From positions 416,001 to 480,000 of the forward strand of contig OZ250153.1 in the NCBI GenBank assembly GCA_965237805.1: a DNA stretch of 64,000 bases. The letters run 5' to 3'. Positions 31,663 to 42,634 of this stretch are shown in pieces. A model generated the notes under the pieces. It searched no databases. It was not told the DNA's origin and saw only the letters and a program-made list of their open reading frames with translations. Position 1 is the first letter of the stretch; each line of letters begins with the position of its first letter. The position numbers and the translations under genes are program-made. The DNA is from Gammaproteobacteria bacterium. GTDB lineage: Bacteria; Pseudomonadota; Gammaproteobacteria; JABABF01.

Positions 31663-33215
31663 TGGTCAGCAACGACGCACTCAGGCTGTCGCCGGTACCC
31701 GGCGGCGTGCGCCTGCCGACGCATAAGGAACGCACCCGCGATCTGGGCATCGTGGCAGCCCCGCTGCCCGAGCACTTGGTACTGCCACTGAAGGCAAACT
31801 TCGGAACCACGCTGGAACTGCTGGTCCAAGTGGGCCAGCAGGTGGCGTGCGGCCAGCTACTAGCAGCACCGGTGGATGCCGTCGGCGTGCCGGTACACGC
31901 ACCGGTGGATGCCACAGTGCTGGAAATCGCCCCGCGCCCGCTGTCCCATCCGTCGGCAATACCGGCAGCCTGCATCGTGTTGACGCCACTGCCCAGCGCG
32001 ACGGTCGCGCATGCCCCCACCATGCCCCCCTGTCCGCCAAATGCAGACAAGGATGAACTTCTGACGCGCATCCACGAGGCCGGCATCAGCGGCATGGGCG
32101 GTGCCGGTTTTCCCTGCGCGATCAAGCTCAGCCCGCGCCACCCGATCAAATCACTGCTCCTTAACGGGGTCGAATGCGAGCCCTATATCACCGCCGATGA
32201 GGCGCTGATGCGCGAACGCCCGGCAGAAGTCATCAGCGGTGCGGAGCTCTCGGCGCAGCTGCTCGGTGCCGAGGAAATTCTGATCGCGATTGAGGACAAC
32301 AAACCAGAAGCCGCTGCAGCACTGCGCGCTGCGCTGGATGCGATGCCGACTTCGGTGCCAACGCAAATCGTGATGACGCCGACACGTTATCCGGCGGGTG
32401 GTGAGAAGCAGCTGGTGCAAGAACTGACCGGGCGCGAAGTGCCGAGCGGCGGCCTGCCGGCAGAAGTCGGTGCCGCCTGCCAGAATGTCGCCACCAGCGC
32501 CGCAATCCACCGCGCTGTGCACTGGGGCGAGGTGCTACTGAAACGCATTGTCACCGTCACCGGCGCGGGGGTGGCGCGACCCGCCAACTACGAGGTACTG
32601 ATCGGCACGCCAATAGCGACGCTACTGGCAACAGCCGGAGCCCAGCTGCCCGACGATGCCCGCATCGTGGTTGGCGGACCGATGATGGGTGTCAGCGTAC
32701 CCATCGACGCCCCGGTACTCAAGACCACCAACGGCATATTACTCAACGTGGAGCCGCAGGAAGCACCAGCTGACGAGGCGATGGCCTGCATCCGCTGTGG
32801 CTTCTGCGCTGAGGTCTGCCCAGCCAGCCTGCTGCCGCAACAGCTCTACTGGTTTGCCCGCAGCCGCGAGGACGACAAGGCCGAGCACCACAATCTGTTC
32901 GACTGCATCGAATGCGGTGCCTGCGCCTATGTCTGCCCGAGCCGCATCCCCTTGGTGCAATACTATCGCGCCGCCAAAGACTCAATCCGCCAACAACGGC
33001 GCGAACACAGTCAGTCCGACAAGGCGCGGGAACGCTTCGAAGCCAACCAACAACGCCTCGAAAGACGCCGTGAGGAGCAGGAGGAGCGCCGCCGCCAGCG
33101 CCGCCAAAAAGCACGCGATCTCGCCGACTCAGAGCAGAATGCCGTGGTTCAGGCCGCCGTCGAGCGCACGCGGCGCGACGTGGCCAACAGCCAACAGCCG
33201 CCACCGACCACATGA
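31662..33215 (+). CDS. rsxC: Rnf/Rsx subunit C (short form)
   Basis: G.GGAGFP, NG.ECEPYITAD, YP.GGEKQL, GGPMMG, two 4Fe-4S motifs. Confidence 0.94.
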   Translation: MVSNDALRLSPVPGGVRLPTHKERTRDLGIVAAPLPEHLVLPLKANFGTTLELLVQVGQQVACGQLLAAPVDAVGVPVHAPVDATVLEIAPRPLSHPSAIPAACIVLTPLPSATVAHAPTMPPCPPNADKDELLTRIHEAGISGMGGAGFPCAIKLSPRHPIKSLLLNGVECEPYITADEALMRERPAEVISGAELSAQLLGAEEILIAIEDNKPEAAAALRAALDAMPTSVPTQIVMTPTRYPAGGEKQLVQELTGREVPSGGLPAEVGAACQNVATSAAIHRAVHWGEVLLKRIVTVTGAGVARPANYEVLIGTPIATLLATAGAQLPDDARIVVGGPMMGVSVPIDAPVLKTTNGILLNVEPQEAPADEAMACIRCGFCAEVCPASLLPQQLYWFARSREDDKAEHHNLFDCIECGACAYVCPSRIPLVQYYRAAKDSIRQQRREHSQSDKARERFEANQQRLERRREEQEERRRQRRQKARDLADSEQNAVVQAAVERTRRDVANSQQPPPTT

Positions 33216-34231
33216 GCTCGCCACTGCGCTCCTCACCCCATATGATCGGGCCACACGACACCGCATGGGTGATGTGGCAGGTGTTGGCAGCACTGATCCC
33301 CGGGCTGGCCGCGTTGACATGGTTTTTTGGCTGGGGGCATTTGGTCAATGCGGCAATCGCCATGCTGGTCGCGCTCGCCGCCGAGACGGCGGCGCTGAAG
33401 CTGCGCAAGCTGCCGACACTGCCCAATCTGCGCGACAGTAGCGTGTTGGTCACCGCTGTTTTGCTCGGTGCCGCTCTGCCACCCTACTGCCCGTGGTGGG
33501 TGACTGTCAGCGGCACCGCCTTCGCGGTGCTGATCGGCAAGCACGCCTATGGTGGCATCGGCTACAACCCTTTCAATCCGGCCATGGTCGGCTATGTCGT
33601 GCTGCTGATCTCCTTCCCGGTGGAGATGACCCAATGGGTAGCGCCGCGCGGCTTGGGGGCATCGCCGCCGGGGCTATGGCAAACCGTGGCACTGATCTTT
33701 GGCGGCGGCGCGACCGACGGGATGACAATGGCCACGCCACTGGATTTGTTCAAGCAAGGCGGGGGGCAGCAGGTGGCCGAGCTGTGGGCTGCCACGCCAC
33801 AATTCGGCCGCTGGGGTGGCCGCGGCTGGGAATGGATCAACCTGATGTTCGCTGGCGGCGGCCTATATTTACTGTGGCGGGGCATATTCCCGTGGCACGC
33901 TCCGGTCGGCATGTTGGCGGCACTGGTCGTGCTCTCGGCGCTGTTCTACCGTAGCGGCGGTGCCGACTCCCTCGGCTCGCCGCTGATGCATTTGTGCACA
34001 GGTGCCACGATGATGGGAGCTTTCTTCATCGTCACCGACCCGGTATCCGGCAGCACCAGCAATAGGGGGAGATTGTATTTCGGTATCGGCGTTGGCAGCT
34101 TGGTCTTCGTCCTGCGCAGCTTCAGCAATTATCCAGACGGCGTCGCCTTCGCCGTGTTGCTGATGAACTTCTCAGCTCCCCTGATCGACCACTATGTACA
34201 GCCTCGCAGCTATGGCCATCCCCCCCGCTGA
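33212..34231 (+). CDS. rsxD: Rnf/Rsx subunit D
   Basis: SSPH, K..YGG.G.NPFNPAMVG, ATPL FMN site, FFIVTDP, YPDGVAFAVLLMN. Confidence 0.95.
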   Translation: MSSPLRSSPHMIGPHDTAWVMWQVLAALIPGLAALTWFFGWGHLVNAAIAMLVALAAETAALKLRKLPTLPNLRDSSVLVTAVLLGAALPPYCPWWVTVSGTAFAVLIGKHAYGGIGYNPFNPAMVGYVVLLISFPVEMTQWVAPRGLGASPPGLWQTVALIFGGGATDGMTMATPLDLFKQGGGQQVAELWAATPQFGRWGGRGWEWINLMFAGGGLYLLWRGIFPWHAPVGMLAALVVLSALFYRSGGADSLGSPLMHLCTGATMMGAFFIVTDPVSGSTSNRGRLYFGIGVGSLVFVLRSFSNYPDGVAFAVLLMNFSAPLIDHYVQPRSYGHPPR

Positions 34232-34892
34232 GCGCAATTCCAAGCTGCGCGAGTACCGCCACTCCGTGGGACGCAACAGCACCACTCTGGCACTCATCGC
34301 CCTCAGCACCGCCGCCATTCTCGGCAATGTCGAGCTGGCGACCCGCAAGGCCATCGCCGAGGCGCGTCAGGCCGCCGCCGTCTCGGCGCTCAACGAGATC
34401 GTGCCGTCTAGCTGGTACGACAACGATCTGCTGAAAAGCGCACGCACGATAGAGTTCGACGGTCGCCCCAGCACGGTCTACACCGCCCGCCGCCAAGAGC
34501 GAGCCGTGGCTGTCATCCTGTCTGCCACAGCACCGGATGGCTATACTGGTGCGATTGAGTTCCTGCTCGGACTGCAGCGCGATGGCAAGATCCTCGGGGT
34601 GCGCGTGACTCATCACCGCGAGACTCCAGGCCTCGGCGACAAAGTGGATGTGCGCAAATCACCTTGGGTACTCTCCTTTGATGGCAAGTCCATGAGCAAT
34701 ACCCCAGCAACGCAATGGCAGGTCAAGCGCGACGGCGGCGCTTTCGACCAATTCACTGGTGCCACAATCACGCCGCGCGCCATGGTGCGCGCCGTCTACC
34801 GCTATTTTGAGCAAGCTGAGCGGCAACGCCGAACACTGTTCGCCGACGCGCCGATGCCACAGAGCCCCCACAGCACCGCGGGAGCTCCCTGA
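34212..34892 (+). CDS. rsxG: Rnf/Rsx subunit G
   Basis: [28 protein letters not shown]. Confidence 0.93.
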   Translation: MAIPPAERNSKLREYRHSVGRNSTTLALIALSTAAILGNVELATRKAIAEARQAAAVSALNEIVPSSWYDNDLLKSARTIEFDGRPSTVYTARRQERAVAVILSATAPDGYTGAIEFLLGLQRDGKILGVRVTHHRETPGLGDKVDVRKSPWVLSFDGKSMSNTPATQWQVKRDGGAFDQFTGATITPRAMVRAVYRYFEQAERQRRTLFADAPMPQSPHSTAGAP

Positions 34893-35596
34893 TGCCACTC
34901 GCCGAGTTGTGGCGCAACGGCCTGTGGCATAACAACCCCGCCGTGGTACAGATGCTGGGGCTGTGCCCCCTGCTCGGTGTCAGCAATTCGGTGGTCAATG
35001 CGCTGGGTTTGGGCATCGTCACAATAGCGGTCCTCGGCTCCTCCAATTGCTTGGTGTCGATCGTGCGCAACCATGTGCCGGACACCGTGCGCTTGCCAGT
35101 CTTCGTCATGATCATCGCCGCGCTGACCACCTGCGCCGAGCTGCTGATGCAGGCCTACGCCTACCAGCTGTACACCATCCTTGGCATCTTTATCCCGATC
35201 ATCGTCACCAACTGCATCATCCTCGGACGCGCCGAGGCCTTCGCCCGCCGCAACCCGGTATTGCCAGCCACTGTAGACGGCTTGGCGATGGGTCTGGGCT
35301 TCGCCTCGGCACTGGTACTGATCGGTGCCATGCGCGAGTTGATCGGCACCGGCGGCCTGTTCGCCAATATGGATCTTCTGTTCGGCGCGGGTGCCCGCGA
35401 TTGGCACATCGCTCTGTCCGCCGACTATCCCCAAGTGCTGGCCGCGATCCTGCCACCCGGAGCCTTCTTGGTTGCGGGCTGCCTGATCGCCCTCTACCAA
35501 ATGCTGAACACGCAGCTGAAGGAGCGAGCCGCCGCCCGCGCCGCACCGGTACAGGCCGGTGCCAAGCGTGTGCGGGTGACAGGGGTGATTCGCTGA
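34892..35596 (+). CDS. rsxE: Rnf/Rsx subunit E
   Basis: [34 protein letters not shown]. Confidence 0.95.
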   Translation: MPLAELWRNGLWHNNPAVVQMLGLCPLLGVSNSVVNALGLGIVTIAVLGSSNCLVSIVRNHVPDTVRLPVFVMIIAALTTCAELLMQAYAYQLYTILGIFIPIIVTNCIILGRAEAFARRNPVLPATVDGLAMGLGFASALVLIGAMRELIGTGGLFANMDLLFGAGARDWHIALSADYPQVLAAILPPGAFLVAGCLIALYQMLNTQLKERAAARAAPVQAGAKRVRVTGVIR

Positions 35597-35718
35597 AGTG
35601 GGTGCTCTGCTAAAATTAAGCTTCGCAAGAGCATCAGCGCCAGTGCTGGTATCGCACTGATTGTGTGGCCCAATCAACCAGCACAGAGCCTGAGCCAAAT
35701 ATCCGCCTAGGAAGCGCA

Positions 35719-37020
35719 ATGAATCAGACACCAGAGCAGAAATCGGCCCGTTTAATCGTCGATGGGCAAGAGATCGAATTGCCATTGCGCCAAGGCACTG
35801 AAGGACCGCAAGTGCTGGAGATAGCCAATCTGCGCAAGGCTGGGATCTTCACTTACGACCCTGGCTTCACCGCCACCGCCTCCTGTGATTCCAGCATTAC
35901 TTTCCTTGATGGCGAGCGCGGCGTGCTGCGCTACCGTGGCTATCCGATCGAGCAGCTCGCCGACCACTCGTCGCATCTCGAAACCTGCTACCTACTGTTC
36001 CACGGTGACTTGCCCACCGCCCCCCAACTGCAGGATTTCACCTCCAACATCCGCCACCACACAATGGTGCACGAACACTTGCTCAGTTTCTTCAGAGGCT
36101 TCCACGCCGACGCCCACCCGATGGCGATGCTATGTAGCGCGGTCGGCGCACTGTCGGCCTTCTACCACAAGACCACCGACATCAGCGATCCGGCGGATCG
36201 TGAATTGTCGGCCATGCGCCTAATCGCCAAAATTCCGACCTTGGCGGCGATGAGCTACAAGCACTCCATCGGCCAGCCCTATGTCTATCCAGACAACACC
36301 AAGAACTACGCTGCAAACTTCCTCTACATGATGTTCAGTACACCTTGTGAGCATTACCAGCTGAATCCGGTCTTGGCACACGCGATGGACATCCTGTTGT
36401 TGCTGCATGCCGACCACGAACAGAATGCCTCGACCTCGACTGTGCGCTTAGCCGCCTCTTCCGGTGCCAATCCATTCGCCTGCGTCGCTGCTGGCATCGC
36501 CTCGCTGTGGGGAGCGGCTCACGGCGGTGCCAACGAGGCTGCATTGCACATGTTGATGGAAATCGGCGACGAGAAACACATCGGCAAATTCATCAAGCGC
36601 GCCAAAGATCCGCAGGATCCCTTCCGCCTGATGGGCTTCGGCCACCGCATCTACAAAAACTACGATCCGCGCGCTCGCGTGATGCAACAGCTGTGCGTAC
36701 AGGTGCTGGAAGAACTGGACACAGGCAACAACCCGCTGTTTCGCACAGCCCGCACACTGGAGCGTATCGCCTTGGAAGATGACTATTTCATCGAGCGCAA
36801 ACTCTACCCCAATGTGGATTTCTATTCGGGCATTATCTTGCAGGCTCTCGGTGTGCCGACTGACATGTTCACTGTCATCTTCGCCATCGGTCGCACCGCC
36901 GGATGGGTCGCACACTTGGATGAGCTGCTCGGCTCTGAATACCGCATCGGTCGACCGCGCCAGCTCTACACCGGGATGAAAAAGCGCGATTTCGTGCCGC
37001 TGGAGCGGCGCGACGGCTGA
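35719..37020 (+). CDS. gltA: citrate synthase (type II)
   Basis: [52 protein letters not shown]. Confidence 0.96.
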   Translation: MNQTPEQKSARLIVDGQEIELPLRQGTEGPQVLEIANLRKAGIFTYDPGFTATASCDSSITFLDGERGVLRYRGYPIEQLADHSSHLETCYLLFHGDLPTAPQLQDFTSNIRHHTMVHEHLLSFFRGFHADAHPMAMLCSAVGALSAFYHKTTDISDPADRELSAMRLIAKIPTLAAMSYKHSIGQPYVYPDNTKNYAANFLYMMFSTPCEHYQLNPVLAHAMDILLLLHADHEQNASTSTVRLAASSGANPFACVAAGIASLWGAAHGGANEAALHMLMEIGDEKHIGKFIKRAKDPQDPFRLMGFGHRIYKNYDPRARVMQQLCVQVLEELDTGNNPLFRTARTLERIALEDDYFIERKLYPNVDFYSGIILQALGVPTDMFTVIFAIGRTAGWVAHLDELLGSEYRIGRPRQLYTGMKKRDFVPLERRDG

Positions 37021-37075
37021 GTGAAGCCGCGCCGCATGCCGCCCCCAAGCCGGGGCGACCGCTCATAGGGCGAGC

Positions 37076-37762
37076 TTGCCCGTGCCGCGCCAATGGCTAC
37101 CGCCAGGTGCTATGGCACTGAACACCGCGGCTGAGTTGCCCGCAGGCTTGGTGGCCATCGGCGGAGATCTGCGCGTTGCGAGCCTGATCGCTGCCTACCG
37201 CCACGGCCTGTTCCCATGGTTCCAAGCTGACGATCCCTTGCTGTGGTGGAGCCCAGAGACGCGCGCCGTGCTGTATCCCGCCGAATTCCACCGCTCGCGC
37301 TCCTTGCGCCAGCGCGAGCGGCGCGGCAACTTCGAGCTGACAGTGGATCGCGACTTCGCAGCTGTGGTAGATGGCTGCGCCAACCACCGGCGCGAGGAGA
37401 CTTGGATCACACCACAGATGCACGATGCCTATATGTCCCTGCACCGGGCTGGCTGGGCGCACAGCGTCGAGCTGTGGATGCAAGCCCAGCTCTGCGGCGG
37501 AATCTACGGCGTAGCCATCGGCGGCTGTTTCTTTGCCGAGTCGATGTTCAGCCGGGTGACGGACGCCTCCAAGCTGACACTGTCGGAGCTGTGCCGACGC
37601 TTGGAGGCATGGGGCTTCGCCTTGGTGGATTGCCAGCTGCCCAGCCCGCACCTGCACTCACTGGGCGTGCGGGACATGCCGCGAGCACTATTCCTGCGCG
37701 AGCTGCGGGCGGCACTGCGCTGGGAAGTGCAATGGGGGGTGACGACGGAGCATGTCAACTGA
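37076..37762 (+). CDS. aat: leucyl/phenylalanyl-tRNA--protein transferase
   Basis: GGDL....L..AY..G.FPW, WWSP, TWIT, AHSVE.W, ESMFS...DASK, DCQ. Confidence 0.93.
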   Translation: MPVPRQWLPPGAMALNTAAELPAGLVAIGGDLRVASLIAAYRHGLFPWFQADDPLLWWSPETRAVLYPAEFHRSRSLRQRERRGNFELTVDRDFAAVVDGCANHRREETWITPQMHDAYMSLHRAGWAHSVELWMQAQLCGGIYGVAIGGCFFAESMFSRVTDASKLTLSELCRRLEAWGFALVDCQLPSPHLHSLGVRDMPRALFLRELRAALRWEVQWGVTTEHVN

Positions 37763-37764
37763 GT

Positions 37765-38070
37765 TCAGTGCACCACAGGCGGCTGCGCACCGAAAAAGAG
37801 CCAAAACAATCTTCCCATATCAATGCCGTGCTCGGCGACATCCGGCAACTCGTGCCCCAACTCCGCAACTTTGAAATACCACAGCTCAGCACCACCATCG
37901 CCCTCGCGCTAATAAAGCGCCTGCGTGTTTTCCGAAATCGATTCCTGCTCGACCACCGTGGTGCCATTGTGTGCGGTCCCAAAGGCGATGATCAAATCCA
38001 TCGCTGGCGCGCCACCCCAACCGCCGGGATCAGCGGGCAGGCCATTGTTTGGCGTGTCATGGCAGACAAC
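37765..38070 (-). pseudogene. probable relic of a PHB-depolymerase/LpqC-type esterase (C-terminal fragment with internal TAG)
   Basis: One frame reads ...GGWGGAPAMDLIIAF...ALY*REGDGGAELWYFKVAELGHELPD...IDMGRLFWLFF. This resembles the GH.xP...W.FF C-terminus of that family. Recognition by eye only. Confidence 0.45.
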
Positions 38071-38117
38071 AGATGGATCGACGCCAAAACCAGCTGAGCC
38101 GCTCTCAGCCTGATCCC

Positions 38118-39281
38118 TCATCCCACCTTCGCCAGCCAGCGCTTGGCCAAGCTGGCACCGAGGGCTTCCAACTGCTCGACATTGCTGCCCATCAGCAGCT
38201 CGACCTTCTTGGCCCATAGGCAATAGCGCCACAGGTGATAGTCGCGATCCACGCCCATGCCGCCGTGCATATGCTGCGCGGAATAGCTGACGCGGTGGCA
38301 AGCATCGCCAGCCCAGACTTTGGCCACACACACCTCATCGGCAGCATCGGCTTCCTGAGCCAATAGCGACACCGCCTGCATCACCGCCATGCTCAGGCAC
38401 TGCACATCGATATAACAATTCGCCGCCCTATGCCCCACCGCTTGAAAGGTGGCGATCTTGACACCGAATTGCTCGCGCTCGGCGGTGTAGCCAGCCGTAA
38501 TCCGCAACATTTGATCGGCGATGCCCAGCGCTTGGGCCGCCAGCGCCGTCGTCATCCGCTCGGCGATCCACACCACGGCCGCGCGCGCTTCATCACCCTC
38601 GGCCACCACATCTTCGCCGCCCACCTGCACCCCTTTGAGTTCAACTCGGGGATAGCTCTCGCCAGTGGTGATCAACTGCTGGGTCATCGTCACGCCGTCG
38701 GCCTTTGGATCGAATAAGAGCAGCACCAGTCCATCGCCATCACCCGTGCTCGCAGGCACCAATATCCGGGCGGCACGTTTTGCCACAGGCACGCCGAACA
38801 ACTCGCCATCCAGCTGCCAACCCCCCCCCGCCCCCGCCGACGCGGTGGCGCGCAGCTCGGGACGCACGGCGCTACCGGCTGGCATGGGATCGTGCAGTGC
38901 CGGTACCACCAACTGCTCGGCATCACCGCTGAGAATACCGGGCAAGAGCCGGGTACGCTGCTCCGCAGAGCCGAAGCGAGACAATGGCAAGGCAGCGCCG
39001 ACCAAAACCTGCAACAGCGGCACTGGTGCCACATGACGTCCACTCTGCTCGATCAAGGCACTGAGCTCCTCAAAACCAAAACCCATGCCGCCATCGGCTT
39101 CGCCAACCGCCACGCCCAGCAAGCCAGCATCGGCCAGCGCCTGCCATAACTCGGCGTCGAAACGACCGTCTTCGCTGTCAGCCTCAAGCGCGCGCAGGCG
39201 CTCATTGCCGCAGAAATCGCTGAGGATTTTCTGCGCCAGCTCGGCGACCTCGCAACGCTCCTCACTAGGCTTGAAATCCAT
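38118..39281 (-). CDS. acyl-CoA dehydrogenase family protein (FadE27/ChsE5-like partner subunit)
   Basis: MDF..SEE start, REQFG.KIATFQAV.H, H.HGGMGVD.DY; degenerate FAD-binding region. Confidence 0.8.
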   Translation of the reverse strand: MDFKPSEERCEVAELAQKILSDFCGNERLRALEADSEDGRFDAELWQALADAGLLGVAVGEADGGMGFGFEELSALIEQSGRHVAPVPLLQVLVGAALPLSRFGSAEQRTRLLPGILSGDAEQLVVPALHDPMPAGSAVRPELRATASAGAGGGWQLDGELFGVPVAKRAARILVPASTGDGDGLVLLLFDPKADGVTMTQQLITTGESYPRVELKGVQVGGEDVVAEGDEARAAVVWIAERMTTALAAQALGIADQMLRITAGYTAEREQFGVKIATFQAVGHRAANCYIDVQCLSMAVMQAVSLLAQEADAADEVCVAKVWAGDACHRVSYSAQHMHGGMGVDRDYHLWRYCLWAKKVELLMGSNVEQLEALGASLAKRWLAKVG

Positions 39282-39318
39282 CTATCTAGCTCCCTCTATC
39301 GGAATTGCCCGCACGGGC

Positions 39319-40521
39319 TCAGCCAGCGCGCCGTGCGCGCGGCATCATCAGGCCAGCTGCGGAGATGATGTCACGCTGGATTTCATTGGCACCGCCACCG
39401 AAGGTCATGATCGAGGCGGAGCGGTACATCTGTTCCAGCCGCCCCTGCAGCGGCATCGGCACATCCTGCTGGCCGCAGCGCAACAGCGAGCGGGCACCGA
39501 CCACTTCCATCATCAGTCGGTAGATCTCGATGAAGCTCTCGGAACTGTAGACCTTGGCGGCAGATGCCTCGGCCATTTCCAAGGTCTCGTAGGTCATCGA
39601 CCACGCCTGCTTCCAACAAATCAATTTCAGAGCCTCCAAGTAGCAGTGGATACGCGCCAAATTGCTTTGCACCCACGACAGCTCGATCAGGCGACGGCCA
39701 TCACTCAGGCGCTCCTGCGCCGCCCACTCGCAGAGCATCTCAAAAGCATGTAGCGTGAAGCCGCCATTGGCCAGCGACAGGCGCTCGACATTCAGCTGGC
39801 CGGTGATCAGCTGCCAACCTTGGTGTTCCTCGCCGACCAAGTTATGGGCCGGCACCCGCACATTGTCAAAGAAGGTCGAATTGGTGCGCACCCCGCCCAG
39901 CGTGTGGATAGGGGTCACCGAGAAGCCTGTGGCGGAGTTCGGCACCAAGAACATCGACAGGCCCTTGTGGCGCTTGCGTGGGTCGGGATCGGTGCGCGCC
40001 GCCAGCCAGACATAGTCGGAGAAATTGGCGAGGCTGGTCCAGATTTTCTGACCGTTGATCACCCACTCGTCGCCATCGCGCTCGGCGCGGGTGCGCAGCG
40101 CGGCCAAATCGGTGCCAGCACTGGGCTCGGAGTAGCCGATGGAGCAGATCACCTCGCCGCGGCGGATGCCCTCCACCACGGTTTCCTGCAATTCCGGGGC
40201 AGCATTGGCCGCCAGTATCGGGCCGATGGCATCGGTGGTCAGAAAAGGATAGGGGAAGCGCATGCGCATCACTTCTTCGGTGAAGATGTACTGCTCAAAC
40301 GGCGTGACACCGCTACCGCCGAGCTCTTCCGGCCACCCCATCGAGATGTAGCCATAGCCCTCGGAACCCATCTGCCGAAGCGCCTTGCGAAACTCGGGGC
40401 CACCGCCCTCGGCACCGCTGACGGCCAGCTCGGCACGCAGTTTGGGGGTGATCAATTCCTCGAGCTGAGCGCGGATACGGTCGCGCAACTTGCGCTGCTC
40501 GGCGTTCAATTCAATGCGCAT
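39319..40521 (-). CDS. acyl-CoA dehydrogenase (FadE26/ChsE4-like catalytic subunit)
   Basis: IGYSEPSAGTDLA.L.T.A, INGQK.WTS, LN.ER, TFGGGANEIQRDII. Confidence 0.85.
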   Translation of the reverse strand: MRIELNAEQRKLRDRIRAQLEELITPKLRAELAVSGAEGGGPEFRKALRQMGSEGYGYISMGWPEELGGSGVTPFEQYIFTEEVMRMRFPYPFLTTDAIGPILAANAAPELQETVVEGIRRGEVICSIGYSEPSAGTDLAALRTRAERDGDEWVINGQKIWTSLANFSDYVWLAARTDPDPRKRHKGLSMFLVPNSATGFSVTPIHTLGGVRTNSTFFDNVRVPAHNLVGEEHQGWQLITGQLNVERLSLANGGFTLHAFEMLCEWAAQERLSDGRRLIELSWVQSNLARIHCYLEALKLICWKQAWSMTYETLEMAEASAAKVYSSESFIEIYRLMMEVVGARSLLRCGQQDVPMPLQGRLEQMYRSASIMTFGGGANEIQRDIISAAGLMMPRARRAG

Positions 40522-40572
40522 TAAATAGCACCCCTGCCTCGCAGCCGACAACTCCAGCCACAATTTTCCATT

Positions 40573-41832
40573 TTACACAACTCCGCTGGCCGGGGTGTCG
40601 CTGCGCTCGACCTCAGCCACCACCTCAGGAGCCACCGCGCCGTGGCGATCGGTCAACCATCCCCAACAGTAAATCGCCAGCGGCAGCAAAAGCAGCGCGG
40701 CACCCAAATAGGGTAGCCGCAGATCCAGCCCGTAGAGCAATCCTCCGATCAACGGCCCGACCACAAAACCCAATCCCGGAATCGATGCCGACAGCCCCGC
40801 CAACGCCCCCTGTTCCCACGGTGCTACGCGCAGGCTGGCGCTGGCCGTGTAGCCGGGCCCAGCCAAGCCCATGCCGATGCCACACAGGAACATGGCGACA
40901 CACAGGCCGGTAAAATCCGTCGCTGCGGCGATGCCGATATAGCCCAAAATGGCGGTCGGCAAACCGAAGCGAATCAACAGCGCTGGCGACAAGCCCAAGC
41001 GCGGCACGACCAGCAGCTGCATCGCGATGGTCGCCAGCGACAACACCATGGCGCCGAAAGCAAACAGGCGCACAGCATCGACTGTCGACAACTGCAAGTG
41101 ATCTTGGAAATAGAAGCCCAGTGTCTGTTGCGTCATCGCCAACGCCGTATACATGCAGAGGCCAACCAGCAACACGACGCGGATACGCGGATCGCGGTAG
41201 CGCAGGCGGTGCGGAGAGCCAGTGCCACGCACCAACTGACGCCCCGGCAACCAGCGCCACAAGATCAGCAACACCACCGCACAGCAGAGCACGCAAAGGT
41301 AGAGTGGAGCCAACAAGCCGTAGCGAGAAAAGTAGATCAAGCCCGGCCCAAGCACCGTGCCCAGCGCCATCGCAGCCGCCAACCGTGCCAAGCCAGCAGT
41401 GCGATCGGACAGCGATGTGACATCGGCCACAAAGGCTCCACAGGCGGGGTGGGTGGCCGCCATCAAGCCGGTGTGGAAGATGCGGTAGAAGAGCAGGATG
41501 CTGTAGAGCAACAGCCCCCCGAGCAAGCCGTTGAGACCGAACTGCACGATGGAGATGAAAATCACAGTGCCCAGCGTGTAGCCACTGATGCCGATCAGAA
41601 TCGTCCGGCGGCGACCGATGATATCGCTGTGCCGCCCCCAGAATGGGCTGACGAGAAAAAAGACCAGCGCCGAGAGCGAGACGAGTGATGTGATCTGCAA
41701 CTCGTGAAAGCCCAGCTGACGACCGAGCATCGGCATGATCGCGAATAGTACCGATTGCCCCAAGCCGATGGCGACGGTCGCCAGCGGTGTCAGCCAGAGA
41801 ACGAGCCGGACATCACCGGGAGAGAAGGGCAC
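40573..41832 (-). CDS. MFS transporter (DHA1/TetA-like)
   Basis: About 12 hydrophobic segments; WG..SD..GRR motif A. Confidence 0.85.
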   Translation of the reverse strand: MPFSPGDVRLVLWLTPLATVAIGLGQSVLFAIMPMLGRQLGFHELQITSLVSLSALVFFLVSPFWGRHSDIIGRRRTILIGISGYTLGTVIFISIVQFGLNGLLGGLLLYSILLFYRIFHTGLMAATHPACGAFVADVTSLSDRTAGLARLAAAMALGTVLGPGLIYFSRYGLLAPLYLCVLCCAVVLLILWRWLPGRQLVRGTGSPHRLRYRDPRIRVVLLVGLCMYTALAMTQQTLGFYFQDHLQLSTVDAVRLFAFGAMVLSLATIAMQLLVVPRLGLSPALLIRFGLPTAILGYIGIAAATDFTGLCVAMFLCGIGMGLAGPGYTASASLRVAPWEQGALAGLSASIPGLGFVVGPLIGGLLYGLDLRLPYLGAALLLLPLAIYCWGWLTDRHGAVAPEVVAEVERSDTPASGVV

Positions 41833-41890
41833 GGCGATGCCTCGGCCACACGCAGAATTAGGGCGCGAATTATACCCCCCGCCGGGGCAC

Positions 41891-42601
41891 TCAGTCTGCG
41901 TGCACGCGTTTGGCCATGCGCCGCAAACTCATATGGCGCACATACTCGCCCTTGGCCACGAAGACCACATGCTCGGCCAAATTGCAGCTGTGGTCGCCGA
42001 TGCGCTCCAGCGCACGCGGAATCCACAAAAGGCGCAGGCCACCTACCAGATTGCCCCGCGCCGTCAACTCCTGCAACATCGCCGCGATAATCTCCTCACA
42101 GCTGACATCCAACAACGCATCCTGACGCGCCACCTCGTAGGCAGCCAAGCTGTCCAAGCGGGCAAAGGCATCGAGTGCATCGCGCAACATGTCTAGCACC
42201 ACTGCACCGGCAGCCTGGATCTGCTCGACACAATAAATTGAGATGCCCGCCGCAGACATCTCGACGCAGATGCGGGCGATTTTGGCCGCCTCGTCGCCGA
42301 TGCGCTCCAAATCGAAGGTGGCGTGGCCGACCGAAGTCACCAAGCGCAGATCGGTGGCAGCGGGCTGGCGGCGGGCCAAAATGGACAGGCAGAGCCGATC
42401 AATCTCCACATCGCGCTCATTGAGCTCGTGCTCGCGCTCGCAAATGGCATCAGCACGCACGCGGTCTCCGTCTGCCAGCACCTGCAGGCTGTCCTGCAGC
42501 TGTTGCGCGGCCAAGCCACCGAGACGCTGAAAACACCCGGTCAATTGACCCAATTCGTCATCGAAACCGGGGGAGATGTGATGCGAGCCGATGTCACTCA
42601 T
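41891..42601 (-). CDS. phoU: phosphate signalling complex protein PhoU
   Basis: HIS..FD.EL, ARRQPAA.DLR, DLERIGD and ALERIGDH repeats. Confidence 0.94.
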   Translation of the reverse strand: MSDIGSHHISPGFDDELGQLTGCFQRLGGLAAQQLQDSLQVLADGDRVRADAICEREHELNERDVEIDRLCLSILARRQPAATDLRLVTSVGHATFDLERIGDEAAKIARICVEMSAAGISIYCVEQIQAAGAVVLDMLRDALDAFARLDSLAAYEVARQDALLDVSCEEIIAAMLQELTARGNLVGGLRLLWIPRALERIGDHSCNLAEHVVFVAKGEYVRHMSLRRMAKRVHAD

Positions 42602-42634
42602 GGCTGGTGATCCCTGTGGTGAGCTGACATCGGA

